In this document: piece after piece, positions 24,901 through 38,300 of the stretch
Numbering within the stretch: position 1 is the stretch's first letter
Layout: every line of letters starts with the position of its first letter
Assembly (NCBI GenBank): GCA_964016885.1
Contig: OZ024741.1
Location: 76,756,001 to 76,820,000 of the forward strand
Direction of reading: 5' to 3'
From: Eledone cirrhosa
Lineage: Eukaryota
Length of the DNA: 64,000 nucleotides
Translations under genes and position numbers: made by a program
Notes under the pieces: generated by a model
Told to the model about the DNA's origin: nothing
Database searches by the model: none
Seen by the model: only the letters and a program-made list of their open reading frames with translations

Positions 24901-25406
24901 TTAATAATCATAACTATCATAGAAACTACAAAGACAATAAGGTAGCGAGTCACCTATACATAGTCACTTGACTTGCAAGAAATGCCTCAATCAGGACTGA
25001 CCTGAGACTAAACAATAACAACAACTGTAGTCATAACAACAACTATTGTCTCTCTCCTCTCATCCTGAAATTCAGAGGCCCCTGTTGCTTAAATAAGAGA
25101 ATGTAGCTCAGAACTCTCCAAACATTCCACATTTCTTTTTTTTAGTAACATTTTTCATGACACATTAATCAATTTTTATTAGCAGCACGAAACTAATATT
25201 TAAACAATTAAATATCATATCCTGTGCCACCTGTCGCGTGTCTAATTGTACGCAGAGTTATAAGATTACAAATATATTCCAGAGTCAAATATTTGTTAAA
25301 AAAAAATAAAATGATCAGATTTGATTTAATTTCACAACACACTAAAGTGTTGTGACACAATTAGCAAACTTCTGAAATCAGTAAATAGAAAAAAAACCTC
25401 ACTTAC

Positions 25407-25545
25407 CTGAAAGTACAACTTCCACCAAACAGTTCTCTTTAACAACAGATGCTGACGTAATGAGACTAAGCATGTTTGGATTTGAACTGTCATGACGAAA
25501 AAGCAAAATTTTATCCACCAAGCCATAGAAACGATGTTCAGGGAA
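25407..25545 (-). CDS. PRKD: Protein kinase D (PKD/PRKD family) internal exon, N-terminal ubiquitin-like domain
   Basis: Polypyrimidine acceptor TTTTTTGTTCCATTCCAG|, 139-bp exon encoding [46 protein letters not shown], donor G|GTAAGT. Matches recalled human PRKD1 [47 protein letters not shown]. Confidence 0.93.
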
Positions 25546-26525
25546 CTGGAATGGAACAAAAAAATAGAAAAAAATATCAATACTGAAATTTAAATCTTTG
25601 AGTGCACAATATTTATTTATGCTTATTTATGTTATTATTTATTTTGCATTTTATGAAAAAATAGTGGCATTGGTTATTGGTTTCCCATAGGCTAAATACT
25701 GGGTCACTGCATTTCTACTGTGGAGATTAATAAAGGAGAGAGTTTCTGTGCAACTCAGGTGAAATAAATACCACAAGTTATTTCTGTTTGACATACTGGT
25801 TTATCAGCAATTTTCTCACTTGTGTATATATATCATTTACCAATATATATCATCATTTAACGTCAGTTTTCCATCCAAGCAAGGGTTGGATGAGTCGTCA
25901 CAGACAGAGTCAGTACCCAAGTGGAGTTACAGACCTCTCAGATGAACAGGGAGCCTGCATTTCGCTTACATTTATTCCCCACTTTGAGTGCGTGTCCAGC
26001 CATTGGTTAGCTAGGAAAATGGACATTAAACGATGATAATTCTTTTTAACATTAGCACAAAGCCAATAATTTGTCTCTAAATTCTAAAGTTTGTCTCAAG
26101 CCTGGAGGTCCATTAGGCCAATGCTTATCCCAGTTTCCTTGGTGTTTAGCAAATAAGAGTACAAGACTCTGCCTGGACATAACACCAATCCATTTGAGGG
26201 TTAAACCCATCTACTGCTGATACTTATTTTCAGCTGAATATACTGGAGCAATGAAATGTTTTGCTGAGGAACACAACATACCACCCAGTCCAGCTATTTG
26301 TAGGAAGGGGAAAATCAATGATATCGAACCCAGGACTTAACTGGTACATTCTTTTATTGACCCAGAGAATGAAAGGCAAAGATTTGAACTCAGAACTTAG
26401 AAAGTTGTAAAGCATTGTGTCCGACACACTACCAATACTACTAATCTGTTGTTCTACATTAAATGATGATAATTATCATATATATGTGTGTGTGTGTGTG
26501 TGTATTATATGTATATATATATATA

Positions 26526-26873
26526 TGGAGGCACATGGTTTAGTGGTTAGAGCATTGGCCTTGCAATCGAAAGGTTGTGAGTTCAATTCTCAGACCGGGT
26601 GATGTGTTGTTTTCTTGAGCAAGACACTTTATTTCACATTGCTCCAGTTTACTCAGCTGTAGAAATGAGATGATAGGACTGGGGTCCCTATCATTCCACT
26701 GCAAAGTGGTCATGGAGGTGCCACGGCAAAAAAGCACCCAGCACTCACTGTAAATGAGGTTAGTGTTAGGAAGGGCATCCAGCTGTAGAAATCAAGCCAG
26801 AATCAGTTTCCGTCCCACTCTTGCAAGCAGGGAAAAAGCGGACGTAAAATGAAATGATGATGACGATGATGAT
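26526..26873 (+). mobile_element. Family-B SINE (tRNA head, RTE tail)
   Basis: Same sequence as the 9696-10043 copy; starts directly after (TA)n and ends in (GAT)n. Confidence 0.88.
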
Positions 26874-26879
26874 AGTTTT

Positions 26880-27555
26880 AATATAGACTAGAGCTGTTTC
26901 ATTCATGAGAAATCATCAGGAAGCTGGCTGTCCAAGTAAAATGGTAGTATTTATATCTTTCCTTATCTGGTGGTAGGAGAGGGTGGGGATTGGGATGGGT
27001 GGAGGTCATTGGTTGAAGGAATTAAAGAAAAGGGAGTTCATTAAAAGCTAATTCTTTAAAGCTATAAAATTAACAAAGGCAGAAAGAATACAGTAAGCAA
27101 GTTCAAAATTGGAATACCAATCCTTGTTTATCACTTAGACTAACAATGCCTGTAAGACAGGTGTCTACAGGATGGGTGGGGTTCAATGGTTTAAAGAAAA
27201 GGGAAATTCTTTAGAAGCTAATTCTGGTGTGGTGTTGTGTGTGTGCCTGTGTGTGCGTGCGTGTAAGTGTGTGTACATGTGTAAGTGCGCGCGTGTGTGA
27301 ATGTGTTTGTCGACACCTGGAATATATATTAAGAGAAACTTCACAATAAAGGGGTTCACCCCAACACTTGAATCTGTTGATGGAACCCTTTCTGCCTTTG
27401 TCACCCTTATTTCAGCCTTAAAGAATTAGCTTCTAAAGAATTTCCCTTTTCTTTAAACCATTGAACCCCACCCATATATTAAAACTTTTATACTCTGCAA
27501 TGTATTGAGTACTTTACTTACTGTGGTTACCTCCGATCCAACCCAAAATAACTAA
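26880..27555 (-). mobile_element. Penelope-like terminal remnant with partial hammerhead, diverged direct repeat and inverted repeat
   Basis: Reverse complement of 26886-26923 is TTCCTGATGATTTCTCATGAATGAAACAGCTCTAGTC. Inverted repeat 27173-27226 / 27422-27475. 27478-27540 is similar to the reverse complement of 56307-56370. Confidence 0.6.
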
Positions 27556-27567
27556 TATATATATATA

Positions 27568-27568
27568 G

Positions 27569-27650
<82 letters not shown>
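27568..27650. repeat. (GATA)n microsatellite
   Basis: Direct read. Confidence 0.95.
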
Positions 27651-27794
27651 TTTAAAACTAGTTAGACAATTAGTCAACAGAGTACTCGACAGTTGGGGTA
27701 GTAGAATATGGCTACATTACAAACAATCAAGACCCGAGGGCTGACCCCTTTCCGTTGCAACAGCTGATTCTACTTTGGAACTATCATCATCTGC

Positions 27795-27980
27795 ATTGGC
27801 AGTATCGGTAGAGGGTCGGACGCCATGCTTTCCAGCATAGTTACGTCCCTTAACGATCTGAGTTCAAATCCCGCTGAGGTTGACTTTACCTTTCATCCTT
27901 ACGGGGTCGATAAAATAAAGTACCAGTAATGCACTGGGTAATTGCTGGCCTTGTGCCAAAAAGTAGAAACAATTATTATC
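27795..27980 (+). mobile_element. Family-A SINE
   Basis: TTGGCAGTATCGGTAGAGGGTCGG...GAGTTCAAATCC...GGGGTCGATAAAATAAAGTACC. Confidence 0.85.
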
Positions 27981-28260
27981 ATCATCACTGTTTAACGTCC
28001 ATTTTCCATGCTTGTATGGGTTAGACGGGCCGCCCACATCATGAGACAAGTCTAGCCAGCTGGTCGGTGAACAGTTAAGAGAAGATGGTTAGAAGAGAAA
28101 ATGACTGTATTGGATGTAATGTTTGGTTTACAGTATGACATATAAGTGTGTGTGTATTATATCTGTATATATATATATTTACACACACACACATATATAT
28201 ATATATATATGTATATTATAAATATATATTATATATATGCTTATTATATATATAAAATAA

Positions 28261-28600
28261 TGGAGATACATGGCTTAGTGGTTAGAGCATTGGCCTTGCA
28301 ATCGAAAGGTTGTGAGTTCAATTCTCAGACCGGGTTGTTTCCTTGAGCAAGAGACTTTATTTCACATTGCTCCGGTTTACTCAGCTGTAGAAATGAGATG
28401 ATAGGGACTGGGGTCCATATCATTCCACAGCAAAGTGGCCGTGGAGGTGCCATGGCAAAAAAGCACCCAGCACTCACTGTAAATGAGGTTGGTGTTAGGA
28501 AGGGCATCCAGCTGTAGAAATCAAGCCAGAATCAGTTCCCGTCCCACCCTTGTAAGCAGGGAAAAGCGGACATAAAATGAAATGAAATGATGATGATGAT
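28261..28600 (+). mobile_element. Family-B SINE
   Basis: As 26526-26873, with a small internal deletion. Confidence 0.87.
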
Positions 28601-28658
28601 ATATACATATAATATATATAATATATAATTGTTTCTATATATATATAATATAATATTC

Positions 28659-30533
28659 ATCATCATCATCATCATCATCATCGTTTAACGGCCGTGTTCC
28701 ATGCTTGCATGGGTTTGGACGGGAGTTTTCCCACTTGAGGCAAGAGTGGTTGTCTTGCTCGCATAGGACTATCTGGCGGGTTTTCTACAGTTGGATGCCC
28801 TTCCTAACACCAACCACATTTACAGTGTGGGACTGGGAGGTTTTTACCGTGTTGCCTACACGGTCACATTACAGCGTGGACTGTGTGTTTTTTTGTCGTG
28901 ACACCTACACGATCTCATTTGTTTTGGCCTGGATGGTGTGGCACAAACACAACTTTACATAGAAGGGGGCGGTGTGGATGGAGTGGGGGTGGTGGGATGG
29001 GGGTGTATTTTGTTAGAGATGCCTACTGACTGTAGTAGGTTTTACTATGTATTTAGGTAAGGCGGGTCTTCTCTATTAATGAGTACCGCCAAAGGTCTCG
29101 GTCCAGTGACATTGTCTTGGAGAGGTGTAAGTGTGTGAGGTCGGAGTTTATCAGCTCGTCCCAGGTTTTTCTAGGTCTGCCTATTCCGTGGCTACCGTCT
29201 ATCTTTATTGCCCTGCACTTTGTTATACAGCTATCGATTTTCATGCGCATCACGTGTCCATACCAACATAGCCTTCTCTCGAGTAAACAACATCTGATCC
29301 CTCTTATTTCTAATTTTTTCCTTAGTTCGTTTATGCTTTGCCGTTCACGTATATTACTATTACACATCCAGCGGAGCATGCAAGCTTCGTTCCTCTCTAG
29401 TCTGCGTATATCCTCTGCACACAATGCCCAGGTCTCACTGCCATGCAACATTGCTGTTCGTATGCAGGCATCATACAACCTGCCTTTCATTTTTAGGGAG
29501 AACCCTTTAGCGGCTAATAGTGGTATAAGCTCTCTGAACTTTTTCCATCCAGTTCTGACTCTAGCTACTGTACTTTCAGAGCACCCTCCCCCACTGCTGA
29601 TTTTGTCACCCAGGTAAGGGAAGCTGTCCACTATTTCTATAGAGCCCTCTGCGCAGTTGAAAGAGCTAGTATTTTGTGGGCACTTGCTGCTACTTATTGC
29701 ACCAGAGCACCAGCCACATGTGAAATCTATGTTCTTAGTTAGCTTACCTGTGATCCCACTACATCTTTTATGCACCCATACTTTGCATTTCTGACACAAA
29801 ATGGAGTTTCTACCTACGCCTTTCCTACACACTGAGCATGGCCATTTCCCGGAAGGGACCGCCGCCTTATTTTCTTTCCTACAAACTAGAACTTTGGTAT
29901 TAGCCAGGTTAATTTTAAGGCCTTTTGATTCTAGGCCGTGCTTCCATGTTGGGAATTTCTTCTCTAGCACGGCCATTGATTCAGCTATGAGTGTTAGGTC
30001 GTCTGCATATAGGAGTTCCCATGGGCAGCCGGTCTTGAACTCCTCTGTTATAGCCTGAAGGGCTATAATAAATAGTAGGGGGCTGAGGACAGAGCCCTGA
30101 TGGACGCCAACTTTTACGCTAAACTCTTCACTATATTCGTTGTTAATTCTAACCTTGCTGACTGTTTCTTTATACATGGCTTGTATAGCTCTCACAAGCC
30201 ATTCGTCGACACCTAGTTTTCTAAGAGCCCACCAGATAATGGAACGGGGGACTCTGTCGAAGGCTTTCTCCAAGTCGACAAAAGCTAAGTAAAGGGGTTT
30301 ACTTTTAGCTAGGTACTTCTCCTGTAGTTGTCGTACAATGAAAAGAGCGTCTGTTGTACTTTTGCCTGACACAAACCCGAACTGCATTTCATCTAGGTCA
30401 ATTCTCTCTCTGATTAGTTGCGCTATTACTTTTTCCGTGACCTGCATGACCTGGTCGATTAATTTAATGCCTCTATAGTTACTCCTATCTAGGGCATCTC
30501 CTTTACCCTTATAACAGTTAACGATGATGCTGC
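28659..30533 (-). mobile_element. 5'-truncated RTE LINE with uninterrupted 464-aa RT/C-terminal ORF (29053..30447)
   Basis: QFGF, FVDLEKAFDRV, HQGSVLSP, YADD, C4HC3 finger, RLCWYGHVMRM, GRPRKTW. (CAT)n tail at 28659-28683. The 5' end abuts (TA)n. Confidence 0.95.
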
Positions 30534-32384
30534 TATATATATATATATATTATGTATGTGTATTATATATTATATATGTATATGTATATGTATATGTATA
30601 TATATATATATATGTGTGTGTGTGTATACACACACACATATAGCCAATTGAAGTGGGTGATAGCTTCTGCTATCTAGGCGACTGAATTAGCAACAGAGGA
30701 TGTTGCTCTGAGAACATTATAGATAGAATACAGATAGGATGGAAATAGTTTTGAGAGCTATTCCCACTGTTGACAACAAAAGATTTCTACCTTTGTACAA
30801 AAGGACGACTGTATTATGCTTGTGTGCAAAATGTGATGCTGCATGGTAGTGAAACATGTGCTGTGACTGCAGAGGACATGCATAGATGAGTGGAAAGAAA
30901 TGAAGCAACCATGCTTCATTGAATGAACAATGTAAGTGTGAGAGAATTGCAGAGCTTGGACAAGTTGAGGTAGAAGCTGGGTAACAAGAAACCTGCTCTC
31001 TCAGATGTTTCCCTATTTTTTTTTCTAAAGAAAATATATTGAGATACATTTTAATAGGTGTTTATAAAATTCATGTTTGTTTGGGAGGAGGAGCTGTATA
31101 CCAAGCATGGGTGGGTGATTAAGAAGTTTGGTTTGCATTATAAGGTTCCAGTTTTGATCCAACTGCATGGCATCTCGGGCAAGGTAGCCTCAGCTCAACC
31201 CAAGCCGGATGAGTGAAATTGGGTAGATGAAAACTGTATAGAAGTCCATTGGATAGACTGTAGCTGTAATTCAAAGAACCAGCCTTGTTGCAGCATGTCT
31301 TGCTGATTTTACTTGAGAATTATGTTAAGGGTAGTTTGCACAATAATATAATGAATAGATTGTTCAGTTGATCAAACAACTGGATACTCATCCATTGTTC
31401 TCAACAAGAGTCCGCCCATAATATATATATATATCATCAACACTCACACACACACACACACACAGATATTGTCTTGTAGCATGTGATATCGGCAGATGTA
31501 TATTTGCTATAGTAGTAGAAGTCGATATAGGATCATAACCAATATCAATCTCATCATTGCTTACAATTGATTCTTACTGTTGCTGACAACAACAACAAAT
31601 TCACAGAACAGGGACCGCTCCTTGTGAATGTCTGTATATGTGTCTATGTGAAAATATATATGTAAGATAGAGAAAAAGGTATGTATATAGAAGAAAGAAT
31701 GTGTGAAAAATAGTGTTTGTGTGTGTGTGAGAGAGAGAGGGGGGGGAGAGAGAGGGAGAGAGAGAGAGAGAATGGGACAAGGACCCTAAGTGTGGAAAAA
31801 TCTATCATAGATTTTACATCTGTCTGCTTTTCCATACTAGCATGGACTAGAGAAGAAATTTTAAAGTAATTTTTCTAGATCTGGATGCTCTTTCTGACCT
31901 CAACCCCAATATTCATTCTAAGTATGATATATACAGTTGACCTACATCAAACAACTACACTGCAGATTCTAGTGTTTATGGGATAAATAGACAAATATCA
32001 CCACTGGCTTTGGTGAAGACATTCATGGTGACACATACACATGCACATTAACATATATAGATCAGTAGCTCCAACTAAGTACTGACTTGGTCTGAGACAA
32101 CCCTGTCCAACACATTAAATGATGAGCAAGATATGTTTTTATACATGTGTGTATGCGTTTGTGCCTGTGTCTGTATTTCTGCATGTGTGTGCACGCCAGC
32201 CTTTGTCACAATTTCCATCAACCAAATTCACTAACAAGACATGTCGGTTCAACACTATGATAAAAGATACTTGCCCAAGGTGCCACGCAATTGGATTGAT
32301 CTTGAAAAAACTCAGTCCGAAAGCAAAACTTCTTAACCACAAAGCCATGTGTATGCTATGTTTATGAAAGGCAGAAAGACAGAG

Positions 32385-35300
32385 AGAGAGAGAGATGAGA
32401 GAAAGTGTAATGGTGATTGAGAGTAAGTGGAAGAGAGATTGAGAATGTGTAACAGATTAGAGAAAGTGTATGAGAGATGAGAAAAAGTGTTACAGATATT
32501 GAGACAAAGTGTAAGAGGGATGAGAGAAGGAGGAAGAGAGATTGAGAGGAAGTGTAAGAGAGATTGAGAGGAAGTGTAAGGGAGATGAGAGACAGTGGAA
32601 GATAGATGAGAGAAAGTATAAGAAAGATGAGAGTAATTGTAAGAGAGATTGAGAAAAAGTAGAAAAGAGATTGAGAAAAAGTGTAAAAGAGAATGAGAGA
32701 AAGTAGAAGAGAGATTGAGAGAAAGTTTAAGAAAGATTAGATGAAGTGTAAGAGAGATGAGTGAAAGTATAAGAGAGATGAGAGAAAGTGTAAGAGAGAT
32801 GAGTGAAAGTATAAGAGAGATGAGAGAAAGTGTAAGAGAGATGAGTGAAAGTATAAGAGAGATGAGAGAAAGTGTAAGAGAGATGAGTGAAAGTATAAGA
32901 GAGATGAGAGAAAGTGTAAGAGAGATTGAGAGGAAGTGGATCAGAGATTGATAGAAAGCAGAAGAGAGATTGAAAGAAAGTATCAGAAGGGTGAGAGAAA
33001 GTGTCAGAGAGATTGAGAGAAAAGGTGTAAGAGAGATTGAAATAAAGTGTAAGAGAGGAAGTGGAAGAGTGATTGAGAGGAAGTGGAAGAGAGATTGAGA
33101 GGAAGTGGAAGAGAGATTGAGAGGAAGTGGAAGAGTGATTGAGAGGAAAGGGAAGAGTGATTGAGAGGAAGTGGAAGAGTGATTGAGAGAAAGTATGAGA
33201 GAGATTCAGAAAAAATGAAAGAGTGATTGAGAGGAAGTGGAAGAGAGATTGAGAGGAAGTGGAAGAGTGATTGAGAGGAAGTGGAAGAGTGATTGAGAGG
33301 AAGTGGAAGAGTGATTGAGAGGAAGTGGAAGAGTGATTGAGAGGAAGTGGAAGAGAGATTGAGAGGAAGTGGAAGAGTGATTGAGAGGAAGTGGAAGAGA
33401 GATTGAGAGGAAGTGGAAGAGTGATTGAGAGGAAGTGGAAGAGTGATTGAGCGGAAGTGGAAGAGAGATTGAGAGGAAGTGGAAGAGTGATTGAGAGGAA
33501 GTGGAAGAGAGATTGAGAGGAAGTGGAAGAGAGATTGAGAGGAAGTGGAAGAGTGATTGAGAGGAAATGGAAGAGTGATTGAGAGGAAGTGGAAGAGTGA
33601 TTGAGAGGAAGTGGAAGAGAGATTGAGAGGAAGTGGAAGAGTGATTGAGAGGAAGTGGAAGAGAGATTGAGAGGAAGTGGAAGAGAGATTGAGAGGAAGT
33701 GGAAGAGTGATTGAGAGGAAGTAGAAGAGAGATTGAGAGGAAGTGGAAGAGTGATTGAGAGGAAGTGGAAGAGAGATTGAGAGGAAGTGGAAGAGTGATT
33801 GAGAGGAAGTGGAAGAGTGATTGAGAGGAAGTGGAAGAGAGATTGAGAGGAAGTGGAAGAGTGATTGAGAGGAAGTGGAAGAGAGATTGAGAGGAAGTGG
33901 AAGAGTGATTGAGAGGAAGTGGAAGAGAGATTGAGAGGAAGTGGAAGAGAGATTGAGAGGAAGTGGAAGAGTGATTGAGAGGAAGTGGAAGAGTGGTTGA
34001 GAGGAAGTGGAAGAGTGATTGAGAGGAAGTGGAAGAGTGATTGAGAGGAAGTAGAAGAGAGATTGAGAGGAAGTGGAAGAGTGATTGAGAGGAAGTGGAA
34101 GAGAGATTGAGAGGAAGTGGAAGAGTGATTGAGAGGAAATGGAAGAGTGATTGAGAGGAAATGGAAGAGTGATTGAGAGGAAGTGGAAGAGTGATTGAGA
34201 GGAAGTGGAAGAGTGATTGAGATGAAGTAGAAGAGAGATTGAGAGGAAATGGAAGAGTGATTGAGATGAAGTGGAAGAGTGATTGAGAGAAAGTATGAGA
34301 GAGATTCAGAAAAAATGAAAGAGTGATTGAGAGGAAGTGGAAGAGAGATTGAGAGGAAGTGGAAGAGTGATTGAGAGGAAGTGGAAGAGTGATTGAGAGG
34401 AAGTGGAAGAGTGGTTGAGAGGAAGTGGAAGAGTGATTGAGAGGAAGTGGAAGAGTGATTGAGAGGAAGTAGAAGAGAGATTGAGAGGAAGTGGAAGAGT
34501 GATTGAGAGGAAGTGGAAGAGAGATTGAGAGGAAGTGGAAGAGTGATTGAGAGGAAGTGGAAGAGTGATTGAGAGGAAGTGGAAGAGAGATTGAGAGGAA
34601 GTGGAAGAGTGATTGAGAGGAAGTGGAAGAGAGATTGAGAGGAAGTGGAAGAGTGATTGAGAGGAAGTGGAAGAGAGATTGAGAGGAAGTGGAAGAGAGA
34701 TTGAGAGGAAGTGGAAGAGTGATTGAGAGGAAATGGAAGAGTGATTGAGAGGAAGTGGAAGAGTGATTGAGAGGAAGTGGAAGAGAGATTGAGAGGAAGT
34801 GGAAGAGTGATTGAGAGGAAGTGGAAGAGAGATTGAGAGGAAGTGGAAGAGAGATTGAGAGGAAGTGGAAGAGTGATTGAGAGGAAATGGAAGAGTGATT
34901 GAGAGGAAGTGGAAGAGTGATTGAGAGGAAGTGGAAGAGTGATTGAGATGAAGTGGAAGAGTGATTGAGAGAAAGTATGAGAGAGATTCAGAAAAAATGA
35001 AAGAGTGATTGAGAGGAAGTGGAAGAGAGATTGAGAGGAAGTGGAAGAGTGATTGAGAGGAAGTGGAAGAGTGATTGAGAGGAAGTGGAAGAGAGATTGA
35101 GAGGAAGTGGAAGAGTGATTGAGAGGAAGTGGAAGAGAGATTGAGAGGAAGTGGAAGAGTGATTGAGAGGAAGTGGAAGAGAGATTGAGAGGAAGTGGAA
35201 GAGAGATTGAGAGGAAGTGGAAGAGTGATTGAGAGGAAATGGAAGAGTGATTGAGAGGAAGTGGAAGAGTGATTGAGAGGAAGTGGAAGAGAGATTGAGA

Positions 35301-38300
35301 GGAAGTGGAAGAGTGATTGAGAGGAAGTGGAAGAGAGATTGAGAGGAAGTGGAAGAGAGATTGAGAGGAAGTGGAAGAGTGATTGAGAGGAAATGGAAGA
35401 GTGATTGAGAGGAAGTGGAAGAGTGATTGAGAGGAAGTGGAAGAGAGATTGAGAGGAAGTGGAAGAGTGATTGAGAGGAAGTGGAAGAGAGATTGAGAGG
35501 AAGTGGAAGAGAGATTGAGAGGAAGTGGAAGAGTGATTGAGAGGAAATGGAAGAGTGATTGAGATGAAGTGGAAGAGTGATTGAGAGGAAATGGAAGAGT
35601 GATTGAGATGAAGTGGAAGAGTGATTGAGAGAAAGTATGAGAGAGATTCAGAAAAAATGAAAGAGTGATTGAGAGGAAGTGGAAGAGTGATTGAGAGGAA
35701 GTGGAAGAGAGATTGAGAGGAAGTGGAAGAGTGATTGAGAGGAAGTGGAAGAGAGATTGAGAGGAAGTGGAAGAGTGATTGAGAGAAAGTGGAAGAATGA
35801 TTGAGATGAAGTGGAAGAGTGATTGAGATGAAGTGGAAGAGTGATTGAGAGAAAGTATGAGAGAGATTCAGAAAAAATGAAAGAGTGATTGAGAGGAAGT
35901 GGAAGAGAGATTGAGAGGAAGTGGAAGAGTGATTGAGAGGAAGTGGAAGAGTGATTGAGAGGAAGTGGAAGAGAGATTGAGAGGAAGTGGAAGAGAGATT
36001 GAGAGGAAGTGGAAGAGTGATTGAGAGGAAATGGAAGAGTGATTGAGAGGAAGTGGAAGAGTGATTGAGAGGAAGTGGAAGAGAGATGGAAAGAAAGTGT
36101 AAGAGATTGTGAAAAAGTGCAAGGGAGATTAGAGAAAGTTTAAGAGGGATTGAGTTACAGTAAGAGAGATGATAAAGAGTATAAGAACCTTTGAGAGAGA
36201 ATGTAAAAGAGATTGAAAAAAAGTGGAGGGAGATTGAGAGAAAGTAGAAGAGAGATTGAGTGAGTGTAAGAGAGATTGATAGAGAGTAGAAGAGAGATGA
36301 GAGAGGGTGTAAGAGAGATTGAGAGAAAGTGGAAGGAGATTGAGTGACAGTGTAAGAGAGATTGAGAGAGAGTAGAAGAGAGAGGGTGTAAGAGAGATTG
36401 AGAGAAAGTGGAAAAGACATTGGGAGAAAGTGCATGAGAGATGAGAGAAAGTATAAAAGTGTAAGAGAGACTGAGGGAAAATGGAAATGAGATTAGAGAA
36501 AGTATAAGAAAGATAAGAGGAAGTGTAAGAGAGATAGGAGGAATTGTAAGGGAGATTGAGAGAAAGTGGAAGAAAGATAGGAGGAATTGGAAGGGAGATT
36601 GAGAGGAAGTGGAAGAGAGATAGGAGGAATTGTAAGGGAGATTGAGAGAAAGTGGAAGAGAGATAGGAGGAATTGGAAGGGAGATTGAGAAGAAGTGGAA
36701 GAGAGATAGGAGGAATTGGAAGGGAGATTGAGAGAAAGTGGAAGAGAGATAGGAGGAATTGTAAGGGAGATTGAGAGAAAGTGGAAGAGAGATAGGAGGA
36801 ATTGGAAGGGAGATTGAGAGGAAGTGGAAGAGAGATAGGAGGAATTGGAAGGGAGATTGAGAGAAAGTGGAAGAGAGATAGGAGGAATTGGAAGGGAGAT
36901 TGAGAGGAAGTGGAAGAGAGATAGGAGGAATTGGAAGGGAGATTGAGAGAAAGTGGAAGAGAGATAGGAGGAATTGGAAGGGAGATTGAGAGAAAGTGGA
37001 AGAGAGATAGGAGGAATTGTAAGGGAGATTGAGAGGAAGTGGAAGAGAGATAGGAGGAATTGGAAGGGAGATTGAGAGGAAGTGGAAGAGAGATAGGAGG
37101 AATTGGAAGGGAGATTGAGAGAAAGTGGAAGAGAGATAGGAGGAATTGTAAGGGAGATTGAGAGGAAGTGGAAGAGAGATAGGAGGAATTGGCAGGGAGA
37201 TTGAGAGGAAGTGGAAGAGAGATAGGAGGAATTGGAAGGGAGATTGAGAGGAAGTGGAAGAGAGATAGGAGGAATTGGAAGGGAGATTGAGAGGAAGTGG
37301 AAGAGAGATAGGAGGAATTGGAAGGGAGATTGAGAGAAAGTGGAAGAGAGATAGGAGGAATTGTAAGGGAGATTGAGAGAAAGTGGAAGAGAGATAGGAG
37401 GAATTGGAAGGGAGATTGAGAGAAAGTGGAAGAGAGATAGGAGGAATTGGAAGGGAGATTGAGAGAAAGTGGAAGAGAGATAGGAGGAATTGGAAGGGAG
37501 ATTGAGAGAAAGTGGAAGAGAGATAGGAGGAATTGGAAGGGAGATTGAGAGGAAGTGGAAGAGAGATAGGAGGAATTGGAAGGGAGATTGAGAGAAAGTG
37601 GAAGAGAGATAGGAGGAATTGGAAGGGAGATTGAGAGAAAGTGGAAGAGAGATAGGAGGAATTGGAAGGGAGATTGAGAGAAAGTGGAAGAGAGATAGGA
37701 GGAATTGTAAGGGAGATTGAGAGGAAGTGGAAGAGAGATAGGAGGAATTGGAAGGGAGATTGAGAGGAAGTAGAAGAGAGATAGGAGGAATTGGAAGGGA
37801 GATTGAGATAAAGTGGAAGAGAGATAGGAGGAATTGGAAGGGAGATTGAGAGGAAGTGGAAGAGAGATAGGAGGAATTGGAAGGGAGATTGAGAGGAAGT
37901 GGAAGAGAGATAGGAGGAATTGGAAGGGAGATTGAGAGGAAGTGGAAGAGAGATAGGAGGAATTGGAAGGGAGATTGAGAGAAAGTGGAAGAGAGATAGG
38001 AGGAATTGGAAGGGAGATTGAGAGAAAGTGGAGGAGAGATAGGAGGAATTGTAAGGGAGATTGAGAGAAAGTGGAAGAGAGATAGGAGGAATTGGAAGGG
38101 AGATTGAGAGGAAGTGGAGGAGAGATAGGAGGAATTGTAAGGGAGATTGAGAGAAAGTGGAAGAGAGATAGGAGGAATTGGAAGGGAGATTGAGAGGAAG
38201 TGGAAGAGAGATAGGAGGAATTGGAAGGGAGATTGAGAGAAAGTGGAAGAGAGATAGGAGGAATTGGAAGGGAGATTGAGAGGAAGTGGAAGAGAGATAG

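Noticed and set aside
25332-25580. 82-aa ORF in the track
   Set aside because: Wrong frame; the real coding frame is the 139-bp PKD exon inside it.
26526-26600. tRNA gene-like sequence (GGAGGCACATGG.TTAGTGGTTAGAGC...GAGTTCAATTCTC)
   Set aside because: It is the SINE head: it continues into SINE body and RTE tail in four copies and lacks a proper acceptor stem.
29117-30058. Plus-strand ORFs overlapping LINEs (also 350..724, 16417..17142, 50982..51785, 53888..55554)
   Set aside because: Antisense shadows of LINE RT coding sequence.
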